From Candidatus Hodarchaeaceae archaeon (GTDB lineage Archaea > Hadarchaeota > Hadarchaeia > Hadarchaeales > Hadarchaeaceae): a stretch of DNA of 64,000 nucleotides. The stretch covers positions 7,633 through 71,632 of the forward strand of contig JASEGJ010000003.1 of the NCBI GenBank assembly GCA_030018135.1, given 5' to 3'. A program made the position numbers and the translations under genes. The notes under the pieces are model-generated. The model was given only the letters and a program-made list of their open reading frames with translations. It was not told the DNA's origin and searched no databases. Below, piece after piece: positions 48,458-58,122 of the stretch. Positions within the stretch are counted from its first letter, which is position 1, and the number at the start of each line of letters is the position of its first letter.

Positions 48458-48623
48458 AATTTCACTTCATTGTTATGTATCTTCTTAAAAACATTTGTAA
48501 ACGACGTAAGCGTCAAAGTAAAAATCTTGATCGCTGGATCGATGTTTTTCTAGGCACGCACAGCTGTGAAGTTAGGGGAAATTGGTTATTTTTTAGATTC
48601 TCAAGCAATCTTGGTGAACCTCA
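48458..48623 (-). promoter_or_regulatory. AT-rich 166-bp gap inside the arg operon (argJ-argB); possible internal promoter or regulatory site
   Basis: Only sizeable non-coding gap in the argGHCJBDF run; T/A-rich runs. Confidence 0.3.
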
Positions 48624-49856
48624 TCAGGTGGTGTACCTCGAGTTTATCCTCACGTAGTCATAGGTCAGGTCGCATCCCCACGCGACTGCCTCGGCCTTCC
48701 CCGCGGCCAAGTCCACATGGACCTCGATCTCCCGACAGCGCATTATGTCGCGCGCTCGCTCGAGGGCTCGCCTTGGCTTGGGCTTGCCCCGTTCGACTAG
48801 GTTGACCCGCCCACGATCGCTCACAAACTCCAGGCTGATCTTGGACGGATCGAAGGAAGCTCCGGAGTACCCGAGCGCGGCGATCACGCGGCCCCAATTT
48901 GGATCTCGGCCAAAGACGGCGGCCTTAACGAGGTTCGAGCCAGCCACAGCGAGGGCCGCTCGACGTGCGTCCCCCTCGTTGCGCGCGTTTTTTACCCGTA
49001 CCTCGATTAGGTGGGCCGCGCCTTCCCCATCCCTCACGATCATGCGCGCGAGTTCGATGAGCACATAGTCCAAACCGGATTGGAACATTTTGTCGATGTG
49101 TTTGATGGTTATCGGGCGATTTTTCGCGCGCCCATTTGCCATGATCAATACCATATCATTTGTGCTTGTATCGTCATCGACGGTGATCATGTTAAAGCTC
49201 CGCTCAACGGAGTTTTGGAGCGCAGCTCTCAAGGCAGCCGGGGTCACCGTGGCATCGGTCACGATCAATGCCAACATGGTTGCAACCCTCATCCGCGGTC
49301 GGATCATGCCTGCGCCCTTGGCTACCCCAGCGATGTTGATCGTCGTGCCGTCCTCCAGGTTAACTCTGATCGCGATTTCCTTTGGAAATGTATCGGTCGT
49401 CATGATGGCCCTTGCGGCGTTCAAGCTCGCCTCGCGTGAGCTGGAGAGCTCCTCGACTGCTGCCCTGATACCTGCCTCTATTCGACGCATGGGGAGACGC
49501 ATTCCTATGAGGCCAGTCGACGCAACGGCGAGGTCATTCGAGCGCAGCTTGAGAAGCTTGGCAGCGAGCCGTGCCATCTGGCGCGCGTCCCGTATCCCCT
49601 GCTTGCCGGTGTATGCATTCGCGTTGCCGCTGTTAGCGACCACCGCCGCGAGCTTGCCGTCCTTGAGGTGCTCCATTGTAACCAAAAGCGGCGCACCCCT
49701 GACTAGGTTGGTTGTAAAGGAGCCAGCAGCCGGCACCGGGCCATCCTCGCTCACCAGCATCATGATGTCCAAGCCGCGCCGCTTGACGTTTGCCCTAACC
49801 CCCGCCGCCAAAAAGCCAGGCACTGCGGTTAAGCCGCCCTCCAGCACGGTGATCAT
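48624..49856 (-). CDS. argJ: Bifunctional glutamate N-acetyltransferase / ornithine acetyltransferase
   Basis: ATML autoproteolysis site (VATMLALIVTDA); 410 aa. Confidence 0.9.
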   Translation of the reverse strand: MITVLEGGLTAVPGFLAAGVRANVKRRGLDIMMLVSEDGPVPAAGSFTTNLVRGAPLLVTMEHLKDGKLAAVVANSGNANAYTGKQGIRDARQMARLAAKLLKLRSNDLAVASTGLIGMRLPMRRIEAGIRAAVEELSSSREASLNAARAIMTTDTFPKEIAIRVNLEDGTTINIAGVAKGAGMIRPRMRVATMLALIVTDATVTPAALRAALQNSVERSFNMITVDDDTSTNDMVLIMANGRAKNRPITIKHIDKMFQSGLDYVLIELARMIVRDGEGAAHLIEVRVKNARNEGDARRAALAVAGSNLVKAAVFGRDPNWGRVIAALGYSGASFDPSKISLEFVSDRGRVNLVERGKPKPRRALERARDIMRCREIEVHVDLAAGKAEAVAWGCDLTYDYVRINSRYTT

Positions 49857-49864
49857 GGCTTCAC

Positions 49865-50893
49865 CTATGGGCGTAGCGGCGGGGTTTCCAAGCCCCTCGC
49901 CTCATCGATGCCGAACATCAGATTCATGTTTTGGATCGCCTGACCGGATGCGCCCTTGATGAGGTTATCGATCGTAGATACCACCACAAGCCTTTTCCCC
50001 TCGGCGTCGCATTCGACCCCGACATCGCAGTAATTCGACCCCGCGACGAAGTTGACCTGCGGCAGATCTTCCAGCACGCGCACAAAGCGCTCGCCGCGGT
50101 AAAACTCTTGATAGAGCTTGAGCACCCTCTCCTTAAACATTGGCTCACGAGCGAACACGTGCATGGTAGATAGGATGCCTCGCACGATCGGTATGAGGTG
50201 CGGGGTGAAGAATGCCTTGATTTCCCGTCCGGCGAGTTTACTCAGCTCCTGATCTATTTCGGGGCCGTGGCGATGGGTCGTCACTGCATAGGCGCGGACA
50301 TTTGAGCCGCAGGTGGGGTGATGGGTAATTTCGCCGGGTGCGGCCCCGGCTCCAGAGGTGCCGCTCTTGGCATCGATCACTATATGTCCAAGATCGACGA
50401 GATGTCCCTTGACGAGCGGCGCTAAACCCAGGACGGCGGCAGTTGGATAGCAGCCGGGGTTGGCGACGAGTTCGGCCCCCTTTATTTCATCGCGGTAGAG
50501 CTCCGGCAATCCGTAGACCGCTTTAAGGTGCGGGCTCTCGTGTTTGACGTAGTGCCGTTCAAACACCTTGGGGTCGTCGAACCTATAGTCGGCACTAAGG
50601 TCGACCACTTTCGCACCGCCCTCTAAAAGCTTTGGGACAAACTTCATAGCAATCCCATGTGGCGTGGCGGTGAACACGACATCAGCTGCTTTACCTATCT
50701 TTGCATAGTCTGGCTCAGCTATGGTTAAATCAACCAATCCCCGCAAGTTTGGGTGTACCCTGTGTAATGGCTGACCGGCGTTTTTAATGTCATACGCACC
50801 GACGAGATTTACATCCGGATGGTTCGCCAGAAGCCTGAACAGCTCGCCCCCAGCATATCCAGATGCCCCGATGACGGCAGCGGTTATCGTCAA
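49865..50893 (-). CDS. argC: N-acetyl-gamma-glutamyl-phosphate reductase
   Basis: N-terminus AAVIGASGYAGGEL; catalytic Cys region GCYPT. Confidence 0.9.
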   Translation of the reverse strand: MTITAAVIGASGYAGGELFRLLANHPDVNLVGAYDIKNAGQPLHRVHPNLRGLVDLTIAEPDYAKIGKAADVVFTATPHGIAMKFVPKLLEGGAKVVDLSADYRFDDPKVFERHYVKHESPHLKAVYGLPELYRDEIKGAELVANPGCYPTAAVLGLAPLVKGHLVDLGHIVIDAKSGTSGAGAAPGEITHHPTCGSNVRAYAVTTHRHGPEIDQELSKLAGREIKAFFTPHLIPIVRGILSTMHVFAREPMFKERVLKLYQEFYRGERFVRVLEDLPQVNFVAGSNYCDVGVECDAEGKRLVVVSTIDNLIKGASGQAIQNMNLMFGIDEARGLETPPLRP

Positions 50894-52371
50894 CGCACCC
50901 TTCTCCTCACGTCTTTCAACAGTTTTGTCTCCGCCTTTGCAATCGCCCTCGCTCGTGCGCGCACCAGCTTTTCCCTGTTTTTAACGGCTCTCCTTAGTTG
51001 ATTTATTTGCCCTTTTATCACCTTCGGCGCAGGTCCACCGAGCGTGCCTCGAGCCTCCACGCATTTTTCGGCATCCCAAGCTTCTTTAAACTCCTTTTCT
51101 GTGAGCGAGATTCCCTTGCCGAGGATCTCGCGGCATGCCGCCTGCAAATCCTCGATGCTTAATGCCCGCGGGGATTTGTGCTCTTTCACGGCCCGAGCGA
51201 CCATTCGGCCAACTACCGCGTGCGCGTCCCTGAACGCCAACCCAGCTCTGCGCACGAGCGTGTCGGCGAGTTCCGTTGCGGTGGCAAAGCTCATCTCTGC
51301 GCGCTCGCGCATGACCTCCGGCTTAGGCTCGATTGCACCCATGAGTTTTGACATCGCCTTCAAGCTATCCCTTGTCTGGTCGATGGCGTCCCAAAGCAGG
51401 GGAGTGAGATCCTGGAGGTCCAAGTTATATGACTGCGGCAGGGCTTTCATTACGGCCAATGCACCGACTAGGTTGCCGGTCAAGCGTCCTGCCTTCGCGC
51501 GGGCTATTTCTGCAACCACCGGGTTTTTCTTCTGAGGCATTATGCTGCTGGTCGCTGCAAACTCGTCGGGCATCTCGATCATGTCAAACTCGGCCGAACC
51601 CCAAAGCACGAGCTCATCAGCTAACCTGCTCACATTCACCATTGAAATGGCCAGAGCTGATATTGTCTGAAGGGCAAAGTCCCGACCACCGACGGCGTCG
51701 ATGGTGTTCTCCAGGATGTGCTTAAAACCGAGCAACCGAGCGACACGCATCCGATCGATGGGAAAGCTCGTTCCAGCCAAAGCGCAGGCGCCCATTGGAC
51801 AGGAGCTGGCCTGTTCTAGCGCGTGCGAGAGGCGGTCCGCATCCCGGAGGAAAGCCGATGCATGGGCGACAAGGTAGTGGGCGAAGGTTGTTGGCTCCGC
51901 AACTTGGAGGTGGGTATAGCCGGGCATTATTGTCCTAGTGTTTTTTTCGGCGAGGGCTATCAAATTGCCTATCAGCTCGAGGAGCGCGGCCTGAACTTCC
52001 AAAAGGTCCTTTCGAAGGGTCATGCGAATGGCGGCGGCGACTTGGTCGTTACGGCTCTTCGCCGTGTGAAGTTTACCTCCGACCTCCTCGTCGGTGGCCG
52101 CAATGACGAACTTCTCAACGGCCATGTGGATGTCCTCGAGCTCCGGCCGTAGCTCGAGGGCTTCCACGCCCCGCTCATGGAGTTCATGAAGCGCACGAAG
52201 TATTGCGGCGGCATCTTCCTCAGGGATTATACGGCGTTCAGCCAGCATGATGATGTGCGCCATGTTGATCTGGACAACTGGCTTAAAAATCCGGACATCG
52301 GCCCGCATTGAGGAGGTGTACTCGCTGATCATCTCATCCGTCGGCGGCTTGAGGCGTCCTCTGCGCAACAT
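50890..52371 (-). CDS. argH: Argininosuccinate lyase
   Basis: 493 aa fumarase/aspartase family with HMPQKKNP-like signature (IMPQKKNPVVAE). Confidence 0.9.
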   Translation of the reverse strand: MLRRGRLKPPTDEMISEYTSSMRADVRIFKPVVQINMAHIIMLAERRIIPEEDAAAILRALHELHERGVEALELRPELEDIHMAVEKFVIAATDEEVGGKLHTAKSRNDQVAAAIRMTLRKDLLEVQAALLELIGNLIALAEKNTRTIMPGYTHLQVAEPTTFAHYLVAHASAFLRDADRLSHALEQASSCPMGACALAGTSFPIDRMRVARLLGFKHILENTIDAVGGRDFALQTISALAISMVNVSRLADELVLWGSAEFDMIEMPDEFAATSSIMPQKKNPVVAEIARAKAGRLTGNLVGALAVMKALPQSYNLDLQDLTPLLWDAIDQTRDSLKAMSKLMGAIEPKPEVMRERAEMSFATATELADTLVRRAGLAFRDAHAVVGRMVARAVKEHKSPRALSIEDLQAACREILGKGISLTEKEFKEAWDAEKCVEARGTLGGPAPKVIKGQINQLRRAVKNREKLVRARARAIAKAETKLLKDVRRRVR

Positions 52372-52410
52372 CCTATCTCCCTCACTCTACTTTTACCACA
52401 ACTTGTTTGA

Positions 52411-53592
52411 TCATCTACCCTTCTTTCTGGCACATGCAATTTTTTGTTGCAACCCATACAATTTTATGAACGCTTCCGCGTCGGCGCCTTTCCAACTTGC
52501 CATCTGTGCGTACCGTGCGACATCTTCGCGCACGAGGGAGTATGGGGATGAAACGCTTACCTGAATTGCACTCATGTGATCCAGTTTCATCACCGTTTCC
52601 CCCGTCACAACCTTTTGAGTTGAATCCATGAAGGCTTCTATGTCTCGCACCAGTGGCTCATAAAACAAACCACGGTAAGACATGTCCGCATAGGTACTCT
52701 CTAGAGGGGTTTTGGTGGCAAGCTGGTGTCGCGTGAGCACAAGCCTTTCAAGCGCCCTGTGCGCCTCGATCAGCAGGAGCAAGCCCGGTGCTTCAAATGC
52801 CTGAAAACCTTTTATCCCAACCGTTTCGTCCTCCACGTAAAGTCCCCTTCCGTACCCGTGCGCCCCGGCCACCTCGTTCAACTTCTGGAGGATCTCTATT
52901 CCATGCATTTTCTTTCCGTCCAACGCGACGGGAACCCCTTTCTCGAAGGAAATTTTAACATATTCGGGTTCTCTTTTCCTTACTTTAGTTAACACCCATA
53001 CTTCCTCACTTGGCTCCTTGTTTTCGTCTATTTCTGAGCCTGAAATAGTTCGCCCGAAAACATTTTCGTTGATGGTGTATTTTTTCGTCGCATTTTTCAC
53101 GCTGAATCCTTTTTTCTCCAAATACTCTATTTCCTGCGGCCTTCTTATCCCGAGCTCTCGTATGGGCGCGATTATTTTAAGATCCGGAGCCAAGCACATC
53201 GTAGTTATGTCGATTCGCACTTGGTCATTTCCCGCCCCGGTGCATCCGTGCGCAACCGCGCTAGCTTTTTCCTCAGCCGCGATCTCGATTAGATGTTTTG
53301 CGATGGTATAGCGGTCGGAGCACATGAGGGGGTACACTCCCTCATACAACGCGTTTGCCTTGATGATGTAAGAGATTATCTCGTCGAAGATTTCTTTTTT
53401 CGCATCGACAAAATAATGTTTTATTGCGCCCAACTTCTTTGAACGATTTTCGATGTACTTCAATTCTTCTTTACTCAGTCCACCAGTATCTACCGTTGCG
53501 GTAATCACGTCAAACTTTTTTTCTTTTAAGTAGAGCAAACAAAAACTCGTGTCTAAGCCACCAGAAAAAGCCAATACAACTTTTTCGGTCAT
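52411..53592 (-). CDS. argG: Argininosuccinate synthase (AT-rich relative to its neighbours)
   Basis: AFSGGLDTS PP-loop motif; 393 aa. Confidence 0.9.
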   Translation of the reverse strand: MTEKVVLAFSGGLDTSFCLLYLKEKKFDVITATVDTGGLSKEELKYIENRSKKLGAIKHYFVDAKKEIFDEIISYIIKANALYEGVYPLMCSDRYTIAKHLIEIAAEEKASAVAHGCTGAGNDQVRIDITTMCLAPDLKIIAPIRELGIRRPQEIEYLEKKGFSVKNATKKYTINENVFGRTISGSEIDENKEPSEEVWVLTKVRKREPEYVKISFEKGVPVALDGKKMHGIEILQKLNEVAGAHGYGRGLYVEDETVGIKGFQAFEAPGLLLLIEAHRALERLVLTRHQLATKTPLESTYADMSYRGLFYEPLVRDIEAFMDSTQKVVTGETVMKLDHMSAIQVSVSSPYSLVREDVARYAQMASWKGADAEAFIKLYGLQQKIACARKKGR

Positions 53593-53729
53593 TTACTCCA
53601 CCCACCTACAATAGCGTCTCAGTTTTTATCACTATTTAGTTCGGGTATATCAATAAATCTTTAATCATCCCGAAAGCTTTTTAGCAGCCGTTCTCCAATC
53701 GCTACGGTTGAAGTTCCACGGGTGCCTAG
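53593..53729. promoter_or_regulatory. Divergent promoter region between argG (minus) and fdx-aor (plus)
   Basis: 137-bp AT-rich gap with ttttatcactatttag TATA-like runs. Confidence 0.35.
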
Positions 53730-54164
53730 ATGGGAAGGATCGCGTACGTGGGTGAAGGCTGTACCGGATGCAAAATCTGCTCTGTTGCCTGTGCTTATGC
53801 GCACGATCGGACATTTGGCGTCAAGGCGGGCCGCATTTGGGTCGTCAAGGAGGAGCCACTTACAGATTATCCCGTTGTTTGCGTCCAGTGCGCTAAGCCC
53901 CGGTGCCAAGAAGTTTGTCCGGTGGCGGCCATCAGCCGCGTTAACGATTTGGTGCTTGTCGACGAAAATGCTTGCATAGGCTGTGGCGCGTGCGTCGAGG
54001 CCTGTCCGTTTGGTGCGATAATTTTGCATCCCGCGAAGCGCATCGCGATTAAATGCGACCTCTGCGGCGGCAATGAGCCACAATGCGTAAAGTTTTGCCC
54101 AGCGGACGTATTGAAACTCAAAGAGCTCGCAGCCGTGGCGCAGGAGAAGCGGACTAAGGGGTGA
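53730..54164 (+). CDS. Four-cluster [4Fe-4S] ferredoxin-like electron-transfer subunit of AOR
   Basis: Four CxxCxxCxxxCP-type motifs in 144 aa; immediately upstream of aor. Confidence 0.8.
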   Translation: MGRIAYVGEGCTGCKICSVACAYAHDRTFGVKAGRIWVVKEEPLTDYPVVCVQCAKPRCQEVCPVAAISRVNDLVLVDENACIGCGACVEACPFGAIILHPAKRIAIKCDLCGGNEPQCVKFCPADVLKLKELAAVAQEKRTKG

Positions 54165-54168
54165 TATC

Positions 54169-56079
54169 TTGCCATATCCGTTCGGCGGCTACATGGGACA
54201 AATCCTGCGCGTGGATTTGACGAGACAAAAGTCCGCCGTGGAGCAACTGCCGAGCAGGCTTGTGCGCGACTATATCGGCGGCACAGGCTTTGCAGCTCGC
54301 ATTTTGTTCGATGAGCTCAAGTCCGGGATGGACGCCCTCGATCCGGAAAACAGGCTAATCTTCGCGACCGGTCCGCTGGTGGGCACGCTCTGGCCAACGT
54401 CTGGCAGGTGGGCGGTTTACGCGAAATCTCCTCTGACAGATATTTGGGGGGAGTCGCACTGCGGAGGGTTCTTCGGCGCGGAGCTGAAGTTCGCTGGCTA
54501 CGATATGATCATAGTGAATGGGCGAGCGAACAAACCCGTTTATTTGTGGATCGACGACGGAAGGATCGAGATCCTGTCCGCCAAAAACCTCTGGAACAGA
54601 AACACGGCCGAAACCACGGACGCGATTCGAGAGCAACACGGCGATCGGGAGATCGAGGTGGCTTGCATCGGTCCAGCGGGTGAGAACCTCGTGCGCTTCG
54701 CTTGCATAATGAACAATTATCAAGACGCGGCTGGCAGGGCAGGCTTGGGGGCGGTGATGGGCTCGAAGCGCCTAAAGGCGGTTGCCGTGAGGGGTTCGCA
54801 AAGCGTCAGGGTGGCGGATGATGATAAGTTTATGGAGCTGGTTGAGGATGCCCACGAGCGCGTGCTCAAGCAACCTCAAGCTCGGGAGATGACCAAGTAT
54901 GGCACGCCGTTGCTTGTCGCATACAAATCAGAAATTGGGGAACTCCCCACGCGAAACCATCAAACGGGCATATTTGCGGGCGCCGGTAAACTTAAGGCAG
55001 ACACGATCCGCGCGCAGTACTTCGCCAAAACGCGGTCATGCTTTGGCTGCCGCATAATGTGCAAAAAGGTAAACCGCATCCCCGAGGGCCCGTATAAGGG
55101 GACGATATCCGGCGGGCCGGAATATGAGTCAATTTTTTCGCTCGGCACCAATTGCGGCATAGATGATTTTGGCGCGATACATAAGGCGAACCAGCTTTGC
55201 AACCTGTACGGTCTCGACGCCATCTCAGCGGGCTGCGTCGTAGCATGGCTGATGGAGTGCTATGAACGTGGGCTGATCAACCGTGGGCAGTGCGATGGCC
55301 TCGACCCGACGTGGGGCAACCATGGGGCGATGGTGACGCTAATCGAGAAAATTGCAAAACGCGAGGGGATCGGCGATACCCTCGCGGAGGGCAGCTATCG
55401 CGCGGCGAAGAAGCTGGGCAAGGGCGCCGAATACGTCATGCACGTCAAAAAACTGGAAATATCGGGTCAGGATGGCCGCACCCATCGAAGCGTCGCGCTT
55501 ACGCACGCCATATCCGTGCGCGGCGCCGACCATCTGCGCTCGCTCGTCACCGTGGATCAGCTCGGCTACGAGGAGACGGCGGCGAAGCGCTACGGCAAGG
55601 ACAAGTTACCGGAGATATGCGATCCCTACGTGGAGAAATACAAGGCCGCGGCGGTCAAGGACACCGAGGACGCGTTCGCGATACGCGATAGCTTGATCGT
55701 CTGTTGGTACTCCTGCGGTTGGCCGCCCATCTTCTGGATGCCTGACTTTGCGGCGGTTGCGGCGGCGGCAACTGGCATAAAGGAGTTCGGCAGGCTCGAG
55801 GAGCTTTACCGCATAGCGCAGCGCATATGCAATCTGCGGCGGGCCTTCAACGTGCGCGAGGGGCTGGATCGAAGGCACGACGCGCTGCCCAAGCGTTTCA
55901 CCCACGAACCCATGCCCGAAGGGCCTGGCAAGGGGCAGGTGGCGAACCTTGAAATAATGTTGCGCGAATATTACAAATTGAGGGGCTGGGGCGAAAATGG
56001 CATACCTACGAGGCGGACGTTGGGTGAGCTTGGGTTGAGCGATGTGGCGGCCGAGCTGGAGCGCTTGGGGAGGTTGTGA
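54169..56079 (+). CDS. aor: Tungsten-containing aldehyde:ferredoxin oxidoreductase (AOR family)
   Basis: 636 aa. AOR N-terminal domain pattern; conserved AOR-family Cys/Asp motifs. Confidence 0.9.
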   Translation: MPYPFGGYMGQILRVDLTRQKSAVEQLPSRLVRDYIGGTGFAARILFDELKSGMDALDPENRLIFATGPLVGTLWPTSGRWAVYAKSPLTDIWGESHCGGFFGAELKFAGYDMIIVNGRANKPVYLWIDDGRIEILSAKNLWNRNTAETTDAIREQHGDREIEVACIGPAGENLVRFACIMNNYQDAAGRAGLGAVMGSKRLKAVAVRGSQSVRVADDDKFMELVEDAHERVLKQPQAREMTKYGTPLLVAYKSEIGELPTRNHQTGIFAGAGKLKADTIRAQYFAKTRSCFGCRIMCKKVNRIPEGPYKGTISGGPEYESIFSLGTNCGIDDFGAIHKANQLCNLYGLDAISAGCVVAWLMECYERGLINRGQCDGLDPTWGNHGAMVTLIEKIAKREGIGDTLAEGSYRAAKKLGKGAEYVMHVKKLEISGQDGRTHRSVALTHAISVRGADHLRSLVTVDQLGYEETAAKRYGKDKLPEICDPYVEKYKAAAVKDTEDAFAIRDSLIVCWYSCGWPPIFWMPDFAAVAAAATGIKEFGRLEELYRIAQRICNLRRAFNVREGLDRRHDALPKRFTHEPMPEGPGKGQVANLEIMLREYYKLRGWGENGIPTRRTLGELGLSDVAAELERLGRL

Positions 56080-56369
56080 CGGCTGTGGAAGTCGTGATCA
56101 AACTTCACGGCGATTTATGCGAGAAGGCGGGCACCGACACGATAAAGCTGCCGATCGACGAAGACGAGACGATCGACACGCTGCTGATGAAGCTCGGCAG
56201 GCGCCACTCGGACCTGCTGGAGGCCATCCTCGATCCGCAGACGGGCGAACTCAAGTCCTACTACAATATTTTGCTCAATGGTAGGAGGGTACAGCAGCTT
56301 CGCGGCATCCATACCAAGCTGAAGCACAAGGACGAGCTCGCGATCTTTCCGCCCGTGGCGGGGGGTTAG
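56076..56369 (+). CDS. MoaD/ThiS-like ubiquitin-fold sulfur carrier (C-terminal GG), AOR-associated
   Basis: 97 aa ending ..FPPVAGG. GTG start overlaps the aor stop (GTGA). Confidence 0.75.
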   Translation: MTAVEVVIKLHGDLCEKAGTDTIKLPIDEDETIDTLLMKLGRRHSDLLEAILDPQTGELKSYYNILLNGRRVQQLRGIHTKLKHKDELAIFPPVAGG

Positions 56370-56697
56370 CAAGCATCCGGAGATTTTGCTCGACGTTTTG
56401 CCCGACCCCGAGTACCATGGAGTTTGTCGGACACCTCTCCAACTTTGCTAGCAACTCAGCGATGCTCAGGTCAGCCAGCTTGTATCTGATCAATTTTCCT
56501 TGGCGCACACTTTTTACCAGCCCGCACCTTCTGGCAACTTGCAGGTGGTGCGAAATCAAGGATTGCTCCTTACCCAGCCCCCTAAAGATCTCGCACACGC
56601 AGCGCTCGCCGTCCTTCGGCATCAACAGAATTTTAAACTGCGTTTCGTCCGCTATGCGCTTGAGCAGGGCGAGCTGGTTGTCGATGGGCTGAGGCAT
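56275..56697 (-). CDS. ArsR/SmtB-family metalloregulator
   Basis: CVCEI metal site plus HTH QSLISHHLQVARRCGLV. The 45-aa C-terminal tail is low-complexity and lies antisense to the moaD-like gene. Confidence 0.65.
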   Translation of the reverse strand: MPQPIDNQLALLKRIADETQFKILLMPKDGERCVCEIFRGLGKEQSLISHHLQVARRCGLVKSVRQGKLIRYKLADLSIAELLAKLERCPTNSMVLGVGQNVEQNLRMLANPPPRAERSRARPCASAWYGCREAAVPSYH

Positions 56698-56886
56698 GCG
56701 CTCATCCCGGAATGTCGCGCCTTATGACCAAGACTGGCCTCCGAGTCGTTTTTCAGCCACTTTTGCCACCTAAGATTCTTGAGCGTCTTCTTGGTAAATG
56801 AATGATGGTTCAAATAAGGTTTTCTTAGCGCGAAACTTTCGCCAACGACAAAGGACAAGAAATGTATCCTCTTTCGTTTTTAAACT

Positions 56887-58122
56887 CTACAGGATCCTTT
56901 TCGCTGTTATGTCGATTATTTTCTTGATTTCGCTCTCCAGCGCATCAGGGAGCCCGAGGATGCTGGCATCCATGAACCCCCTTACTATCAGCGATTGGGC
57001 CTCCTCTTCGGAGAACCCCCTCGCCATTAGATATCGTATCTGGTCCCCGGCTATCTTGCCGACCGCCGCCTCGTGCGAGAGCTCGGTTCCCTTGACCCTC
57101 GCGACGAGCTCAGGGATCGCATGGATGGACGCGTCGTCGGAGAGCAGGAGGCCCCTGCATTCGAGGTGTGCTTTGCTATCTTCATGTTCCCCCACCAAAA
57201 GGCCTCGGGCGTAGATTTGCGCGCTGTCAGATGCTAAAGCGCGGGCGATGACCTCTCCCCTGCTACCCGCGCCCTGGAGGATCACCTTGGACCCGATATC
57301 CAAATAGGAATTTCCAGCTCCGTAAAAAATCGCGTTAAATCTAGCCCTTGAGTTATCTCCTTTGCAATACGCAACTGGGTACATCTGGAGGCTCTTGACT
57401 GGCTTCAGGCAAACGTAGTTGTTCACGAACGTGGCGTTGTCCTCCAGCAGCGCCGCGGTTCTAGGGCGGACGTCAAAATCTTGGGCCCAGTTGTGGACCA
57501 TGGTGAAGGTGAGCTTCGCCCCCTCCTTCACGAAGAACTCGGTAATTCCGACGTGCAACCCCCGCTTGACGTCTGGATGGATGGTGCAGCCAGTTATTAT
57601 CTGAACCTCCGAGTTGGGCTCCGCTACTATGAGGTTGTGAACGTTCTGGTTCAGATTGTCCTTGGAGATGAAGAGGCACGCCTGCAGGGGGAGGTCGACC
57701 TTCTGGCCTTCAAATATCCTGATGAAGTAGCCCTGGTCCCACTTTAACTCGGCCAAGGTAGTGTACTTGTCCTGGTTCACATCGATGATTTTCCACCAAT
57801 AGTCCCCTACCCAGCCGTATTTTTGAAGGGCCTCTTGGGTACTCATTATTTCTGTCTTTCCTTCCAACGCCCTTTGAACTCCTTGAAAGACCACCGAGTG
57901 ATCCATCTGAAAATATGTGCCTGCCCTCTTCCCTTCATCGACCCTAACCCCAACGCTTAGGGCTTGCCGCAGGATATCCTCCGGCAGACCTGAAATTGGG
58001 CAGGGGGCCCACGGCCTCGCATCCCTTGAGAAGCTTTCGACATCTAGGTCAGGGCCAAGCTTGGATGACCTTTCTTTGGCCCTCAGCGCGGCTTCCTTGC
58101 TTCGGGGCATCTCTCGCACCAC
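56887..58122 (-). CDS. sufB: Fe-S cluster assembly scaffold SufB/SufD family protein
   Basis: 411 aa with the beta-helix region of SufBD; downstream of sufC. Confidence 0.8.
   Translation of the reverse strand: MVREMPRSKEAALRAKERSSKLGPDLDVESFSRDARPWAPCPISGLPEDILRQALSVGVRVDEGKRAGTYFQMDHSVVFQGVQRALEGKTEIMSTQEALQKYGWVGDYWWKIIDVNQDKYTTLAELKWDQGYFIRIFEGQKVDLPLQACLFISKDNLNQNVHNLIVAEPNSEVQIITGCTIHPDVKRGLHVGITEFFVKEGAKLTFTMVHNWAQDFDVRPRTAALLEDNATFVNNYVCLKPVKSLQMYPVAYCKGDNSRARFNAIFYGAGNSYLDIGSKVILQGAGSRGEVIARALASDSAQIYARGLLVGEHEDSKAHLECRGLLLSDDASIHAIPELVARVKGTELSHEAAVGKIAGDQIRYLMARGFSEEEAQSLIVRGFMDASILGLPDALESEIKKIIDITAKRIL

Noticed and set aside
58083-58122. 40-nt overlap of the sufC 3' end with the sufB 5' end, considered as a possible frameshift site
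   Set aside because: Both proteins look complete. The SufB start is more likely at an internal Met (about 58110), making this an ordinary short overlap.
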